Source: Callorhinchus milii (lineage: Eukaryota). Taken from it: DNA of 64,000 nt. A program made the position numbers and the translations under genes. Under the pieces are notes generated by a model. The model ran no database searches. It saw only the letters and a list, made by a program, of their open reading frames with translations, and was not told the origin of the DNA. Shown piece by piece: positions 62,772 to 64,000 of this stretch; position 1 is the first letter of the stretch; every line of letters starts with the position of its first letter. The stretch is taken from the NCBI RefSeq assembly GCF_018977255.1, contig NW_024704742.1, forward strand, positions 56,360,001 to 56,424,000. Direction: 5' to 3'.

Positions 62772-62940
62772 AAGTTTTATATCCAAGTTTGCAGACAACA
62801 CTAAGCTAGGAGGCTCAGTAAATTGTGCAGATGGGAGTAGGAAGTTACAAAGGGACTTAGACAGATAAGTGAGTGGGCAAAGCTGTGGCAGATGGGCTCG
62901 AAGGGCTGAACAGCCTAGTCCTGTTCTTATGTTCCTATGT
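62772..62940 (+). mobile_element. CR1 RT piece fused directly to a CR1 3' terminus
   Basis: [19 protein letters not shown] then GGGCTCGAAGGGCTGAA..GTTCTTATGTTCCTATG. Confidence 0.8.
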
Positions 62941-62944
62941 AAAT

Positions 62945-63320
62945 CTCTTTGCTACTGCACAGTTCTTAATTTCTCCCCATTAAGAAAATATTCTGCTTTA
63001 TCTTTTTTCGGTCCATAGTGGATGACCTCACACTTCCCTACATTGAACTCCATCTGCCACAGCTTTGGCCACTCATTTAATCTGTCTAAGTCCCTTTATA
63101 ACTTCCTACTCGCATCTACGCAATTTACTGAGCCTCCTAGCTTAGTGTTGTCTGCAAACTTGGATATGAAACTTTCTATTACTTCATCCAAGTCATTTGT
63201 ATATATGATAAATAGCTTGGGTCCCAGTACAGATCCCTGGGGAACACCACTTGTTATGTCCTGCCAATCAGAGAACGTTCGGTCCCTTTATCCCTACCCT
63301 CTGTTTCCTGCCTCCCTCCG
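62945..63320 (-). mobile_element. CR1 RT core fragment
   Basis: [49 protein letters not shown] on minus strand. Confidence 0.9.
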
Positions 63321-64000
63321 TCTCTACTCCTTAGAGCTCTAATTCTTTTGATGAAGGTACTTCTTTGTTATTATTGTAGGAGACAGTCTTGTGGTGCAGT
63401 TGTTATATTTACCTTGAGGTGTCTGAAGTACAATGTTGTGATTCATCACACTGGTGTTGCATTGTTGGCTTTAAACTAGTCTCATCTGAACTCAGTGATA
63501 TTGAATCAATACTTTGCAAATGTGCACTTTCTAAGCTTCACTGACCAACTGGTGACTTAGCATGGATCTCATCAGCCACAACACCAGCCAAGAACCTAAG
63601 AGACACTTGCCAGATAATCAATTGTTTATTGACCGGAACAATAGCATTACTATTTCATGTAGGCATTCATTGTTACAGAACTGCAATTTGACATCCTTGT
63701 TTACTTGTTTCTGTGTAATGCACCTTTTACTTATGAATAAAACTACCAAAATAGGTACATATTTCTGACTGTGATACCCAACAAACAGGAACTTTACTAT
63801 GAGTTTCAGCAAATCATTTAAAGTGTTATAAGCAGTAGACAAGGTGGTATACAAAGAACAAAAGGCAAAATACTGTAAATCTGAAATAAAAACAGGTTTG
63901 AATAAAAACTGGAATCTGGTGCAAATGTGTTTTGCCATAATGCTGTACACTGTCCAGGGCTTTGGGATGCCTCTCGATGTGAAAAGCGCTATACAAATGT

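Noticed and set aside
1..64000. CRISPR arrays, operons or other prokaryotic systems
   Set aside because: No regularly spaced repeat-spacer structure or dense coding; the sequence is vertebrate-type repeat-rich DNA

Overview
Eukaryotic, vertebrate-type non-coding DNA, most likely a large intron or intergenic tract. The repeat content (C-rich L2 LINEs, CR1 LINEs, Deu-domain SINEs, Penelope-type repeats) suggests a cartilaginous fish; this is inferred from repeat families only. No host protein-coding gene, rRNA, true tRNA gene or CRISPR array can be supported. The long ORFs in the track are L2/CR1 ORF2 remnants, their off-frame shadows, or low-complexity sequence. The window holds about 20 L2 fragments of different ages, including one young 5'-truncated copy with an uninterrupted RT/C-terminal frame (59104-60153). 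It also holds many CR1 remnants, two tRNA-headed SINE families sharing the L2 3' stem-loop, two hAT-type MITEs with 8-bp target duplications, and a five-copy dispersed repeat I cannot assign. Best leads: (i) covarying 3' stem-loops shared by several L2 families and SINEs; (ii) a SINE that appears to combine tRNA-Ala, CORE-like, Deu-like and L2-tail modules; (iii) an L2 sublineage that apparently spread despite a C-terminal frameshift; (iv) a decayed minimal hammerhead ribozyme; (v) an unexplained 87-bp inverted repeat bracketing about 1 kb; (vi) a pre-miRNA-sized hairpin; (vii) a paired empty/filled L2 insertion site. I did not find a convincing new biological system. Boundaries of old repeats are approximate and family names come from recalled consensus motifs, not database searches.
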